Shown: positions 1 through 7,865 of the stretch, piece by piece | Numbering within the stretch: position 1 is the first letter of the stretch | Layout of the letters: every line of letters starts with the position of its first letter | Assembly: GCA_036522535.1 (NCBI GenBank) | Contig: DATDFP010000282.1 | Location: 1-34,164 of the forward strand | Source: Gemmatimonadales bacterium | Lineage (GTDB): Bacteria > Gemmatimonadota > Gemmatimonadetes > Gemmatimonadales > GWC2-71-9 | DNA: 34,164 nt | Direction: 5' to 3' | Position numbers and translations under genes: made by a program | Notes under the pieces: generated by a model | Told to the model about the DNA's origin: nothing | Databases searched by the model: none | The model's input: the letters and a program-made list of their open reading frames with translations, nothing else

Positions 1-2
1 TG

Positions 3-284
3 TTGAAGGACATCGTAGAGGTGAGGCCGCTGGGCGGCTACCGGCTCTACTTACGCTTCGAGGACGGGGTGGCGGGTGAGCTGGATCTCGCGGGCCGCAT
101 TCGGTTTGAAGGGGTCTTCGCGGTTCTGAGAGATCCCGCCCTCTTCGCGCAGGTGCGGATCGACCCTGAGCTGGGGACGGTCGTGTGGCCGAACGGGGCG
201 GACCTGGATCCCGATGTCCTCTACGCAGAGCTGTCAGGCACTCCGATCGCGGTCCCACCGCCGATGACGGGGCCCTCGAGGTGA
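3..284 (+). CDS. DUF2442 domain-containing protein (possibly N-terminally clipped by the window edge)
   Basis: The 93-aa ORF has the typical DUF2442 pattern: VEVRPLGGYRLYLRFEDG...ELDL...DPALFAQVRIDPELGTVVWPNGADLDPDVLY. The first codon is TTG at the window edge, so the true start is uncertain. Confidence 0.8.
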   Translation: MKDIVEVRPLGGYRLYLRFEDGVAGELDLAGRIRFEGVFAVLRDPALFAQVRIDPELGTVVWPNGADLDPDVLYAELSGTPIAVPPPMTGPSR

Positions 285-285
285 G

Positions 286-2508
286 TCACCGGGTCGCCAC
301 CACGATGATCGCCACCGTGCTCGCGAGGATCTGCGCGATCGCCCCGAATAGCGCGACGTAGTCGGTGTGCGGCGCGTTGGGATCCTTGAAGGGGACGACC
401 ACCTCCGAGCCCGGCCCGGGCCGGGGATCGCTCGTTCCGAAGAACCGGTGATGCCGCGTGCGCACCTCGCCGTTCGCGTAGCGCACGCTCACCGCTCCCT
501 TGCGGGCGAGCTGGGCGAAGCCCCCGGCCGCGCCGATGTAATAATCGAGCCCGCGTCCCTCCTGCCACAACACGCTCCCCGGTGAGTTGACGGCCCCGCT
601 CACCTTCACGCTCGGCTCGTACTCGGGGATCGAGATCGCATCGCCCGGCTGGAGAATGATGTTGAATTGGGAAGCCGTGTCCTGGAGCGCGCGTCGCAGC
701 TCCACGTTGATCCGGCCCACGCCGTTGGCCGCGCGGTTAAAGCGGATCCCTTCGGGATACGCCCGCGGCGTCAAGCCCCCGGCGCGCGCGATTACGTCGG
801 AAAGCCGGTCGGTCTTGCTGCGTAGGGAATAGGTGCCGGGATAGCGCACCTCGCCTCCCACCTCGACCGTGCGCTGGAGCTCGAAATCGGGCTGCCGCAG
901 GATCAGCACGTTGTCGAATGGCTGCAACTCCACTTCCGGTGCACCGGCTGCGGGGAAGGGGAGGCCAGGGGGACCGATGTAGCGGCCGGTGGAGTCACGG
1001 TTGAAGAGGTACGTCGAGTCGAGCGGCACTCGGATCGTCGCGGCGAGTTGTCCCTTCGAGCGGTCCTCCGGCAGCCGGGCGATCTCGGCCTGTTGCAGGT
1101 CGGCGCCGACCTTGGGTCCGCGCGCCAGGAGCACGAGATCCCGCAGCGTGATTCCAGGATGCCACGGATACGGCCCCGGCTTCTCGACCATCCCGGCGAT
1201 CCCGACGTAATACCCGGCCCCGAGGGACGGCAGGGCGTCCACGACCACCGAATCGCCGTCCTCGAGCGACAGCGCGGGCACCGCCACGCCGCTCGGCGGG
1301 TCGCCGGATTTCGAGGCGCCGTCCCTCCTTTCCGTCGCGAGCGGGACGTCCATCACCACCCGCCCTGACGGACTCGAGCCGCGCTCCGCCGCGGGCAGGA
1401 TGCGGTACACAGAGACGCGCTTGAGGGCGGCGTCCGCCCGGAACCCGCCGGCGGCCTGCACGAGGTCCGGGAGCGTCTCCCCCGGCTTGAGATCGTAGAT
1501 CGCGGGGCGCGTCACCGCGCCGGTCACCTGGACCCGGGTTCCGTGCACCGGCACGAACACCACGTCTCCCGTCTGGAGCCGGATGTCGTTGCGGGTATCC
1601 CCGTGCAGCAGGTAATCGTACAGGTCGAGCGTCGCCAGCGGCTTGCCGGCGCGCCGCACCTCGACCGAGCGCATGTCGGCGCGCTCGGTCACGCCGCCCG
1701 CGGCATAGAGCCCCGTCAGCACGGTGCCGAGCGAGCTGATCTGGTAGGCGCCAGGCTGCGCCACCTCGCCCACCACATACACCTGGTTCGCGCGCACGTT
1801 GGCCACGGAGATGTCGAACCGCGTGCTCGCGCTCGCCGCGCGCTTCACGCCGGAATACACCCGGCCGAGGCGCGTGTAGAGCACGTCGCGCAGCTGGTCG
1901 AGGGTGAGATTCGAGACGAACACCTGCCCAACCTGCGGGATCAGGATGAACCCCTCGCGGGTCACCTGGAGCGTGTACGCCAGCTCCACGTCGCCGGTCA
2001 GGATCAGCACCAGCACGTCACCGGGCCCGAGCTTGTAGTCGGCGGGAACGGGGCCCGACAGCAAAGGGAGGAACTGCGTCGTGGTGCGCCGAAACACGTC
2101 CACGCCGAACACGGCGCTGCTCGGTCCCGAAGAGGATCGCACGATGCCGGTATCGACCGGCAGGATCTCCCCGGCGCTCGCGACCGCGGGAAGCCCGAGC
2201 GCCTGGATCGCGGCGAGTTGGCTCGCCCCGGGCACCGGTGCCGGTTGGCCGGCGGCGGCGGCGCCGAGGTAAGCGTCGAGCAGATTTGCCGGGTAGCCGC
2301 CCGCCTGGAGCCGCGCCCGGATCTGCTCCCCCGTCAGCCCCGACTGCTGGATGCGCTGGCGGATGACGTCCCCCAGGCCGGGGTTCTGCTGCAACGCCTG
2401 CTGCAGCGCCGCCTGGGCCTGGCTTGGTGGCGGCACGTTCTGAGCGTCGGCGCGGTGTGATGTTGAGACAACGAGGAGACAGACCCCGAGTGAGACCAGC
2501 TTCCTCAT
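286..2508 (-). CDS. Polysaccharide export protein (Wza/KpsD-like; Poly_export plus repeated SLBB domains)
   Basis: I trimmed the long ORF 286..2919 to ATG 2508 (MRKLVSLGVCLLVVSTSHRADAQ), which gives a signal peptide. Motifs include YKLGPGDVLVLILTGDVEL, QVYVVGEVAQPGAY and repeated GD.V.VP soluble-ligand-binding beta-grasp units. There is a C-terminal hydrophobic helix. The upstream 137 codons are Arg/Gly-rich and overlap the DUF1059 gene. Confidence 0.85.
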   Translation of the reverse strand: MRKLVSLGVCLLVVSTSHRADAQNVPPPSQAQAALQQALQQNPGLGDVIRQRIQQSGLTGEQIRARLQAGGYPANLLDAYLGAAAAGQPAPVPGASQLAAIQALGLPAVASAGEILPVDTGIVRSSSGPSSAVFGVDVFRRTTTQFLPLLSGPVPADYKLGPGDVLVLILTGDVELAYTLQVTREGFILIPQVGQVFVSNLTLDQLRDVLYTRLGRVYSGVKRAASASTRFDISVANVRANQVYVVGEVAQPGAYQISSLGTVLTGLYAAGGVTERADMRSVEVRRAGKPLATLDLYDYLLHGDTRNDIRLQTGDVVFVPVHGTRVQVTGAVTRPAIYDLKPGETLPDLVQAAGGFRADAALKRVSVYRILPAAERGSSPSGRVVMDVPLATERRDGASKSGDPPSGVAVPALSLEDGDSVVVDALPSLGAGYYVGIAGMVEKPGPYPWHPGITLRDLVLLARGPKVGADLQQAEIARLPEDRSKGQLAATIRVPLDSTYLFNRDSTGRYIGPPGLPFPAAGAPEVELQPFDNVLILRQPDFELQRTVEVGGEVRYPGTYSLRSKTDRLSDVIARAGGLTPRAYPEGIRFNRAANGVGRINVELRRALQDTASQFNIILQPGDAISIPEYEPSVKVSGAVNSPGSVLWQEGRGLDYYIGAAGGFAQLARKGAVSVRYANGEVRTRHHRFFGTSDPRPGPGSEVVVPFKDPNAPHTDYVALFGAIAQILASTVAIIVVATR

Positions 2509-2579
2509 GTCACCAGCTTTCCCGAAGGGAGCGAACGCGAAAAGATGGGGCGTAACTCGTGGGGGGGTCAAGACGGCAA

Positions 2580-2607
2580 GAACCCCGGGGCCGGTGCCCC
2601 GGGGTTC
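2580..2607. repeat. REP-type palindrome GAACCCCGGGGC-CGGT-GCCCCGGGGTTC (12-bp stem), likely terminator hairpin
   Basis: Read directly from the sequence. It lies 8 nt downstream of the DUF1059 stop on the minus strand. It has the same core as the REP copies at 33.4-34.1 kb. Confidence 0.7.
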
Positions 2608-2615
2608 GGACTGCG

Positions 2616-2807
2616 CTAGGCCAGCTGCTTCGCCTTGATGGCGCCCTTGACCTTCTTCGTCAGGTCCGGCGTCATCTCCCTGATGTTGTGCTTCTCCTTC
2701 GCATGCTGAGCGACCTTCCGCATCACTTCGTCGTCGTTCGCTCCGGTCGTTACAAACGTGCAACCGGGCATTACGTCGGCACAACGCAACTCCTTGACCG
2801 TGGGCAT
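2616..2807 (-). CDS. DUF1059 domain-containing small protein
   Basis: MPTVKELRCADVMPGCTFVTTGANDDEVMRKVAQHAKEKHNI... matches the DUF1059 pattern. ATG 2807 is preceded by AGGAGG (complement of cctcct at about 2813-2818). Confidence 0.8.
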   Translation of the reverse strand: MPTVKELRCADVMPGCTFVTTGANDDEVMRKVAQHAKEKHNIREMTPDLTKKVKGAIKAKQLA

Positions 2808-2977
2808 AGCGTCCTCCTGGTTTTGTGGAACATTTCGCACCGTGGTACCACGCCGGCACGGCGCAGTTCCGCGGCCGCCCGGCACCGTTTCGCCGTGGCA
2901 CGCGGCGCCAACGCGTCATTTACCGTTTGCCCCGGGCCGTCGGCCCGGCGCCGCCTGGCAAAGTAGGACTCGCCCCC

Positions 2978-3004
2978 GTTATGTTATTAACAGTTATTAA
3001 CTAG
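2978..3004 (+). promoter_or_regulatory. AT-rich operator-like tandem repeat GTTAT-GTTATTAAC-A-GTTATTAAC upstream of the RHH gene
   Basis: Two identical 9-mers start at 2983 and 2993, a 10-bp phase. Each is a near-palindrome (GTTA-T-TAAC). The repeat ends 8 nt before ATG 3009. It is the most AT-rich stretch in an otherwise very GC-rich region. Confidence 0.45.
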
Positions 3005-3008
3005 GGAC

Positions 3009-3857
3009 ATGGCCACCATCCTGTCGATCTCCGTTCCTGCCACGCTGCGCGCCCAGCTCGACCGCGAAGCGCGGCGCCAGCGGCGCTCGCGCAGCTGGAT
3101 CGTGACCGAGGCGGTACGACGCTACCTCGAGGCGCGCCCCAAGCCGTTCGCCGAGGTCGGTGCGTCGTTCGAGCGCGGGCGCGACCTGACGCTGCTCGAA
3201 GGGCTGGCGCTCGACTATACGGAGCGGGCGCGCGAAGCGGAGCGGCTATGGGAGGAGGGATGGCGGTTCGCGCCTCGCCGCGAACCGTACGTCCGGGTAT
3301 TCGACACCATCGCCGAGCTCGAGGCCTGGCAGCAGAGCCCGGAGAGCCTTCGCATCGTGCCCCCGCCCACCCGACCGCGGCCGGGCCGGGTGCGCGAGCG
3401 TGGCATCGAGACGCGAGTCGCCGCCGTGTGCCGCCTGCTCAATCACGAGAGGGTGCGCTACGTGCTGATCGGGGGGGCGGCGGTGATCCTGCACGGCGTG
3501 CTCCGTCTCACCAAGGACGTGGACGTGCTGATCGAGCCGACGGTAGACAACGCGACCCGGGCGCTTCGCGCCCTCCGGGGACTGGCGTTCGGGTTTGCGC
3601 GAGAGCTCGACCCGGAGCAGGTCGCGACCCGGCCGTTCACCATCATCGGGGATAGTCCGCGAGTGGACCTGCTCACGGTCGCCTGCGGCGTCACCTACGA
3701 GCAGGCGATTCGGACGTGTATCCCGATCAGGGTGGAAGGCGTGCCGGTCCCGCTGGCGGATGTGGACACGCTGATCCGCACTAAACGCACGCCGCGCCCC
3801 TACGACGCTGGGGACATCCAGGAGTTGGAGCGGCTGCGGGAACTCGGACGGTCATGA
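3009..3857 (+). CDS. Ribbon-helix-helix (CopG/Arc-like) DNA-binding domain fused to a Pol-beta-superfamily nucleotidyltransferase domain
   Basis: The N-terminus MATILSISVPATLRAQLDREARRQRRSRSWIVTEAVRRYLE is a classic RHH strand-helix-helix. The C-terminal half carries the minimal NTase signature GGAAVILHGVLRLTKDVDVLIE (hGG..x..D.D). Confidence 0.7.
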   Translation: MATILSISVPATLRAQLDREARRQRRSRSWIVTEAVRRYLEARPKPFAEVGASFERGRDLTLLEGLALDYTERAREAERLWEEGWRFAPRREPYVRVFDTIAELEAWQQSPESLRIVPPPTRPRPGRVRERGIETRVAAVCRLLNHERVRYVLIGGAAVILHGVLRLTKDVDVLIEPTVDNATRALRALRGLAFGFARELDPEQVATRPFTIIGDSPRVDLLTVACGVTYEQAIRTCIPIRVEGVPVPLADVDTLIRTKRTPRPYDAGDIQELERLRELGRS

Positions 3858-4126
3858 CCCACCCGGTCAAGCGTTACGAGGCATTGCGGGGTTATGGCGC
3901 GATCGCGAGGACCTCGGCGACGCCGACGCGTACGTGAGGCGCCTGCGGCGGGATACCCGACGGATGCAGGATTTGCGGTTCCTCGATGGTCACTGAGTCC
4001 CGAAAAGCACGCCGGACACAGGAGCCGACGGGCCGTGGCCACCATCCTCACCGACCGCGCCCGTGAGGGGGGACCAGCCGGGAGGAAGGTTGGGGGTTCG
4101 CGCTTAATTGATAGGGCCACGCGCGC

Positions 4127-4155
4127 TTGACGGCTTGCCGAACCAGTCGTACGAT
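4127..4155 (+). promoter_or_regulatory. Candidate sigma70-type promoter TTGACG-N17-TACGAT
   Basis: TTGACG is at 4127-4132, followed by a 17-nt spacer and TACGAT at 4150-4155, about 44 nt upstream of ATG 4199. This is a sequence match only. Confidence 0.35.
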
Positions 4156-4198
4156 AACGCACGCTGGTTTTACAGCCGCCCCGATCTCTTCCGTTTTC

Positions 4199-5167
4199 AT
4201 GACGTCCGCGCCCGGCCTCCTCGCCTCGGCTCGTCCCGACGCAGCGGCGATCGAACGGGCGGTGCTTCGCACCGTCGCCTACGGCGATGTGTTCGAATAT
4301 CCGCTGCGGGACTCCGAGGTGCATCGCTACCTGCACGGAGTCCGCGCCACGGCCGAGGCGACGGCGGCGGCGCTGGCCCGCTGTTCCACTCCGGGCGGCG
4401 CGCTCACCCACCGAAATGGCTATTACACGCTGCGCGGCAGAGATGGCTTGGTGGATGTCCGCCGCGCACGCGCGGTGCACGCCGGGCGGCTGTGGCCCGC
4501 CGCCGTGCGGTACGGCCGCGCGATCGCCGGCCTGCCGTTCGTGCGCATGGTGGCAGTCACCGGATCACTGGCCTGGGACAACATCGACAACGCGGGGGAC
4601 ATCGACTATCTGATCGTGACGGAGCCCGACCACCTCTGGATGTGTCGCTGGCTCGTCGCGGCGGTGGGGCGGGTGGTGCGCCTCCGCGGCGCGGTGCTCT
4701 GTCCAAACTACCTGGTGTCCTCCCGCGCGCTGCTCCTGGCCGAGCCCAACCTCTACGGCGCGTACGAGCTTGTCCGTATGACGCCCATCGTGGGTCGGAG
4801 CATGTACCGCCGCCTGCGGTTCGCCAACGCCTGGGCCGCGGATTATCTCCCGAACGCGATCGAGACGCCATGTCCGCCGGACGTCCAGGCTCGGCCGGGA
4901 CACGGGATCGGCAACCGGGTGATAGCGCGCCTGAAGCGGCTCGCGGAACGCGCCCTCCGCTCGAGCGCGGGGACGGCACTGGAGCGATACGAGATGACGT
5001 ACCGCATCCGCAAGCGGGTCAAGCAGGGCTTGGCACAGGGGGAGGCGTCCTACGGTTTTGACTGGTACAAGGGGCACAGCAGCGGCCACCGCCAGCGCAC
5101 GCTCGCCGCGTTCACCGAGCGCCTTCAGCGGTTGGAGGGAGGAGGGATCTCGGGCGGCGTGTCGTGA
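4199..5167 (+). CDS. Uncharacterised nucleotidyltransferase-fold protein (family not recognised)
   Basis: The ORF was trimmed to ATG 4199. The central motif VAVTGSLAWDNIDNAGDIDYLIV fits the GS-x(n)-D.D Pol-beta NTase signature. Composition looks coding. Its stop TGA (5165-5167) abuts GTG 5168 of the next ORF. Confidence 0.6.
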   Translation: MTSAPGLLASARPDAAAIERAVLRTVAYGDVFEYPLRDSEVHRYLHGVRATAEATAAALARCSTPGGALTHRNGYYTLRGRDGLVDVRRARAVHAGRLWPAAVRYGRAIAGLPFVRMVAVTGSLAWDNIDNAGDIDYLIVTEPDHLWMCRWLVAAVGRVVRLRGAVLCPNYLVSSRALLLAEPNLYGAYELVRMTPIVGRSMYRRLRFANAWAADYLPNAIETPCPPDVQARPGHGIGNRVIARLKRLAERALRSSAGTALERYEMTYRIRKRVKQGLAQGEASYGFDWYKGHSSGHRQRTLAAFTERLQRLEGGGISGGVS

Positions 5168-5224
5168 GTGACATCCTGGTCGGCCGGTCGTACTGCCTGG
5201 GGTTGCCGTTCTGATCCGGTTCCA

Positions 5225-6196
5225 ATGAAGGCCCGTGTGGGCTTATCCGGCGTGGGTGCCCTTTCGAACGCGGCGTTCCTCGCCGACCGGCCCATCACAC
5301 ACGCTCTCGTGCTCGGCGGCAGCGGATTTCTGGGCGCGCCGCTCGTGCGCAGGCTTTGCGCGGCCGGCGTACGCACGACCTGCCTCCTGCACCGCAGGCC
5401 ACCACCCGTTGCCCAGGTCGGCGTGCTGAGCGGCTCGGTGGACAGCTTTCCCTGGCGCGCCCTGGAGGAGGATCCGCCGGACGTGATCTTCCACTTGGCG
5501 CGCATCGCCGGCCGCGGCGGCATCCGGGGGGCGCTGACCCGCGTGCGGAACCGGGTGGCCAACGAGCGCCTCCTCCTTGCGCTGGCCAGCTGGGCGCGGC
5601 CCCCCCTTCTGGTCTATGTGGGCGGGACGCTCGCTTATGGCTCGCGTGGCGAGGAGCCGGTCACCGAAGAGACTCCCCTCGCCCCCACCAGCTTCTCGCG
5701 GGACTACCATCGTGCCGAGGTGCCCTGGCTGCGCGCCCTGCGCGAGAACGACGCTCCGGTGATCGTGGCGCGTCCCGGCTGGGTGCTGGGATCCGGATCG
5801 TGGTTCGAGGCCTACTACCGGCGTTTTCTTCGGGCGGAGCGGGCAGTACCGCTCTACGGCCCCGGCGACAACTGGATGTCCCTGGTGCACGTCGAGGACT
5901 GCGCGGGTCTGCTCGAGCACATGGCGCGCTGCGCGCCCCCGATGTCCGTCGTGAACGTGTTCGCCGGACCGCCGCTACGGCAGGTCGAGTTGGCCGAGCG
6001 GCTGGCCCGGCTGGCGGCCCTGCCCATACGCCGCGTTCCCCTGGACGACCTCGAGCGGCGATTCGGTCGGGCGGTGCGTGAAGCGTTCGCCTTCTCCGCG
6101 CGCGTCGGCACGGTGCATCAGGCGCTCCACGCCGGATATCGGATCGAGCATCAGGATCTCGACGGCGATCTGTCCGCGCTTCTGCGCAGCACATAG
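5225..6196 (+). CDS. NAD-dependent epimerase/dehydratase family (extended SDR) protein
   Basis: The Rossmann motif ALVLGGSGFLGAPLVRRL lies near the N-terminus, and the length is typical of extended SDRs. The start is ambiguous: GTG 5168, ATG 5225, or GTG 5237/5252. Confidence 0.8.
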   Translation: MKARVGLSGVGALSNAAFLADRPITHALVLGGSGFLGAPLVRRLCAAGVRTTCLLHRRPPPVAQVGVLSGSVDSFPWRALEEDPPDVIFHLARIAGRGGIRGALTRVRNRVANERLLLALASWARPPLLVYVGGTLAYGSRGEEPVTEETPLAPTSFSRDYHRAEVPWLRALRENDAPVIVARPGWVLGSGSWFEAYYRRFLRAERAVPLYGPGDNWMSLVHVEDCAGLLEHMARCAPPMSVVNVFAGPPLRQVELAERLARLAALPIRRVPLDDLERRFGRAVREAFAFSARVGTVHQALHAGYRIEHQDLDGDLSALLRST

Positions 6197-6984
6197 AGCA
6201 GGTGCTCTCCGCCGGACCACAGCGGCGTGCGGTTGAGCGCTCGATCGGCGATCCAGAGCGCCCGCACCAGTGCGCCGCGCTCGTGGAAGCGGGCGGCCCG
6301 GTACCACGCCGGGTAGAGGATGGAGAAACCCTCGCGCCGCTCGACCTGGAAGGCGGGTGCGAAACGTGCCTCGATCTGCCGGGGGAAATAGAGCGAGGCC
6401 CTGAGCGGGGTCTGGTCCGAATAGCCGGGCCAGCGGTCGGCGAACCGCGCCATAGCGCGTCGCGGCCGGCCGCGCAACAGGTGCAAGGCGGCGTCCACGA
6501 CGTACGTGCGGTTGACGAAGGTGAGCACCAGGACGCCACCGGGTGCCACCACTTGCGCCAGGGCCGTGACGGCGCGGTCCAGGTCGGGCTCGGTGTTGAG
6601 CGGACCGAAGAAGGAGTAGATCAGGTCGAATTGGTCTCCGGGAAACACCCGCGGGACGTCCTCGGCACAGCCGCGCTCGACACGCACCCCGCGGCCCGTG
6701 AGTTTGGCGCGCGCCAGCTCCACCATGCGAGGCGACACGTCTATTCCTGCGTAGCGGCGCCCGGGATAGCGCTCGCCGAACCAAGCGAGGTCCGTGCCCG
6801 GGCCGCAACCCAGATCCAGCACCGCGCCGGCCGGATGAGGCTCGACCGCGCGGCGGAATGCCTCCCGCACGCGGACCAGCACGTGGTTCGAGGCGTAGCG
6901 TTCCTCCGCCGTTTCGGCGAAAGCATTGTAGTAGGCGCCGGTCTCCTGGAGATCGGTCTCGTCGGCGCGCAGGAGGGGGGGCAC
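6151..6984 (-). CDS. Class I SAM-dependent methyltransferase
   Basis: Motif I is VLDLGCGPGTDL and the post-I motif is YAGIDVSPRMVELA, followed by PGGVLVL. The start is GTG. The 3' end overlaps the convergent SDR gene by 46 nt. Confidence 0.8.
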   Translation of the reverse strand: MPPLLRADETDLQETGAYYNAFAETAEERYASNHVLVRVREAFRRAVEPHPAGAVLDLGCGPGTDLAWFGERYPGRRYAGIDVSPRMVELARAKLTGRGVRVERGCAEDVPRVFPGDQFDLIYSFFGPLNTEPDLDRAVTALAQVVAPGGVLVLTFVNRTYVVDAALHLLRGRPRRAMARFADRWPGYSDQTPLRASLYFPRQIEARFAPAFQVERREGFSILYPAWYRAARFHERGALVRALWIADRALNRTPLWSGGEHLLYVLRRSADRSPSRS

Positions 6985-7001
6985 GCACCTATCATACTCA
7001 C

Positions 7002-7865
7002 GTGAGCTACGTGCGCTACCGGCTCACCAGCTCGCCGGCGCCCGCCGCGACGGGTTGGGACGCCTGGGCGGAGGATTACGCAAGGCTCGGTTCATCGAAT
7101 CCGACCTATGCATTGGGCAAGGAGTTGTTGCACAGGAGGGTCGACGAGGTGTCGGCTGCGCCGCGAGGCGGAGTGGCGTGGGTGCTCGACTTCCATTGCG
7201 GCGCCGGCGACGACCTGGCGCGCTTTCTCGCCCGGGGATGGCACGCGGTCGGCTGCGACGGATCTCCCGGCATGCTCCGCGCCGCCGCCGCTCGCTGCGC
7301 ATCTCACCTGGCCAGCGGGCGCCTCGAGCTGTGGCACGGACGCGCCGAGGAGCTGGCGCCGAGCTCGTTCGAGGGCCGGCGCTTCGATATCGTCTTCTCC
7401 ACCACGGGAGGATTCGCCTACCTTGATGACGAGCTGTTCGTGCGCGTGCATCGGCTGCTCGCCGCTATGCTCGTGCCGGGCGGCGTGATGGTGATGGCGC
7501 ACCTGACGCGGTTCTGCGCGGCGGAGAGCCTGTTTCACCTGTTGCACCTGCGCCCTCGACGCGTGGTGGAGCGCTGGCGGGGGCGGGTCCCGGTGACCGT
7601 GCGAGGGAAGCAAATGCTGATGCGGCTGCGCTCGCCCGGCCACATTCGCCGGCTGCTCGCGGGGGTGGTGCATCTCGAACGCCTGACCCCACTGCTCTGG
7701 TGCACCCCGCCCTTCCAGAGCGGCTTCGTGCCCGGCCCGCGTGCGCTCGCCGCGCTGCGCGCGATCGAGCGCCGGACCGCTCACACTGGCGCTCTGGCGC
7801 TGCTGGCCGATCAGGTCGTGTGTGTCGCCCGGCCCCTCGACAGCTCCTGGAACAACGCCAGGTAG
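7002..7865 (+). CDS. Class I SAM-dependent methyltransferase (paralogue of 6151..6984)
   Basis: Motif I is VLDFHCGAGDDLARFL, followed by VGCDGSPGMLRAA and PGGVMVMA. It shares an unusual C-terminal segment with its neighbour (HLLHLRPRRVVERW versus HLLRGRPRRAMARF). The GTG 7002 start is chosen because upstream codons overlap the divergent gene. Confidence 0.75.
   Translation: MSYVRYRLTSSPAPAATGWDAWAEDYARLGSSNPTYALGKELLHRRVDEVSAAPRGGVAWVLDFHCGAGDDLARFLARGWHAVGCDGSPGMLRAAAARCASHLASGRLELWHGRAEELAPSSFEGRRFDIVFSTTGGFAYLDDELFVRVHRLLAAMLVPGGVMVMAHLTRFCAAESLFHLLHLRPRRVVERWRGRVPVTVRGKQMLMRLRSPGHIRRLLAGVVHLERLTPLLWCTPPFQSGFVPGPRALAALRAIERRTAHTGALALLADQVVCVARPLDSSWNNAR

Noticed and set aside
282-288. Convergent stop codons embedded in palindromes: TGAGTCA at 282-288 and TGACGTCA at 19587-19594.
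   Set aside because: This is a trivial consequence of two convergent TGA stops placed 1-2 nt apart. There is no evidence of a binding-site function.
1543-2460. Long ORFs antisense to or out of frame with well-supported genes. Examples are 1543..2460 +, 5975..6988 -, 5661..6539 -, 11757..13091 -, 16422..17369 +, 20765..22048 +, 26350..27327 +, 29827..30906 -, 31121..32188 - and 32106..33236 -.
   Set aside because: They are Arg/Pro/Gly/Ala-rich, low-complexity translations with no recognisable motifs. They mirror genes that have clear family signatures. This is the usual stop-codon-poor antisense artefact of high-GC DNA.
2509-2919. N-terminal 137-codon extension of the exporter ORF (286..2919).
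   Set aside because: The extension is Arg/Gly-rich and overlaps the DUF1059 gene and a REP hairpin. An internal ATG at 2508 gives a canonical signal peptide.
2955-2970. Sigma-54-like TGGCA element (cTGGCAaagtaGGACt) upstream of the RHH gene.
   Set aside because: The downstream half does not match the TTGC(A/T) -12 element, and the spacing is off.
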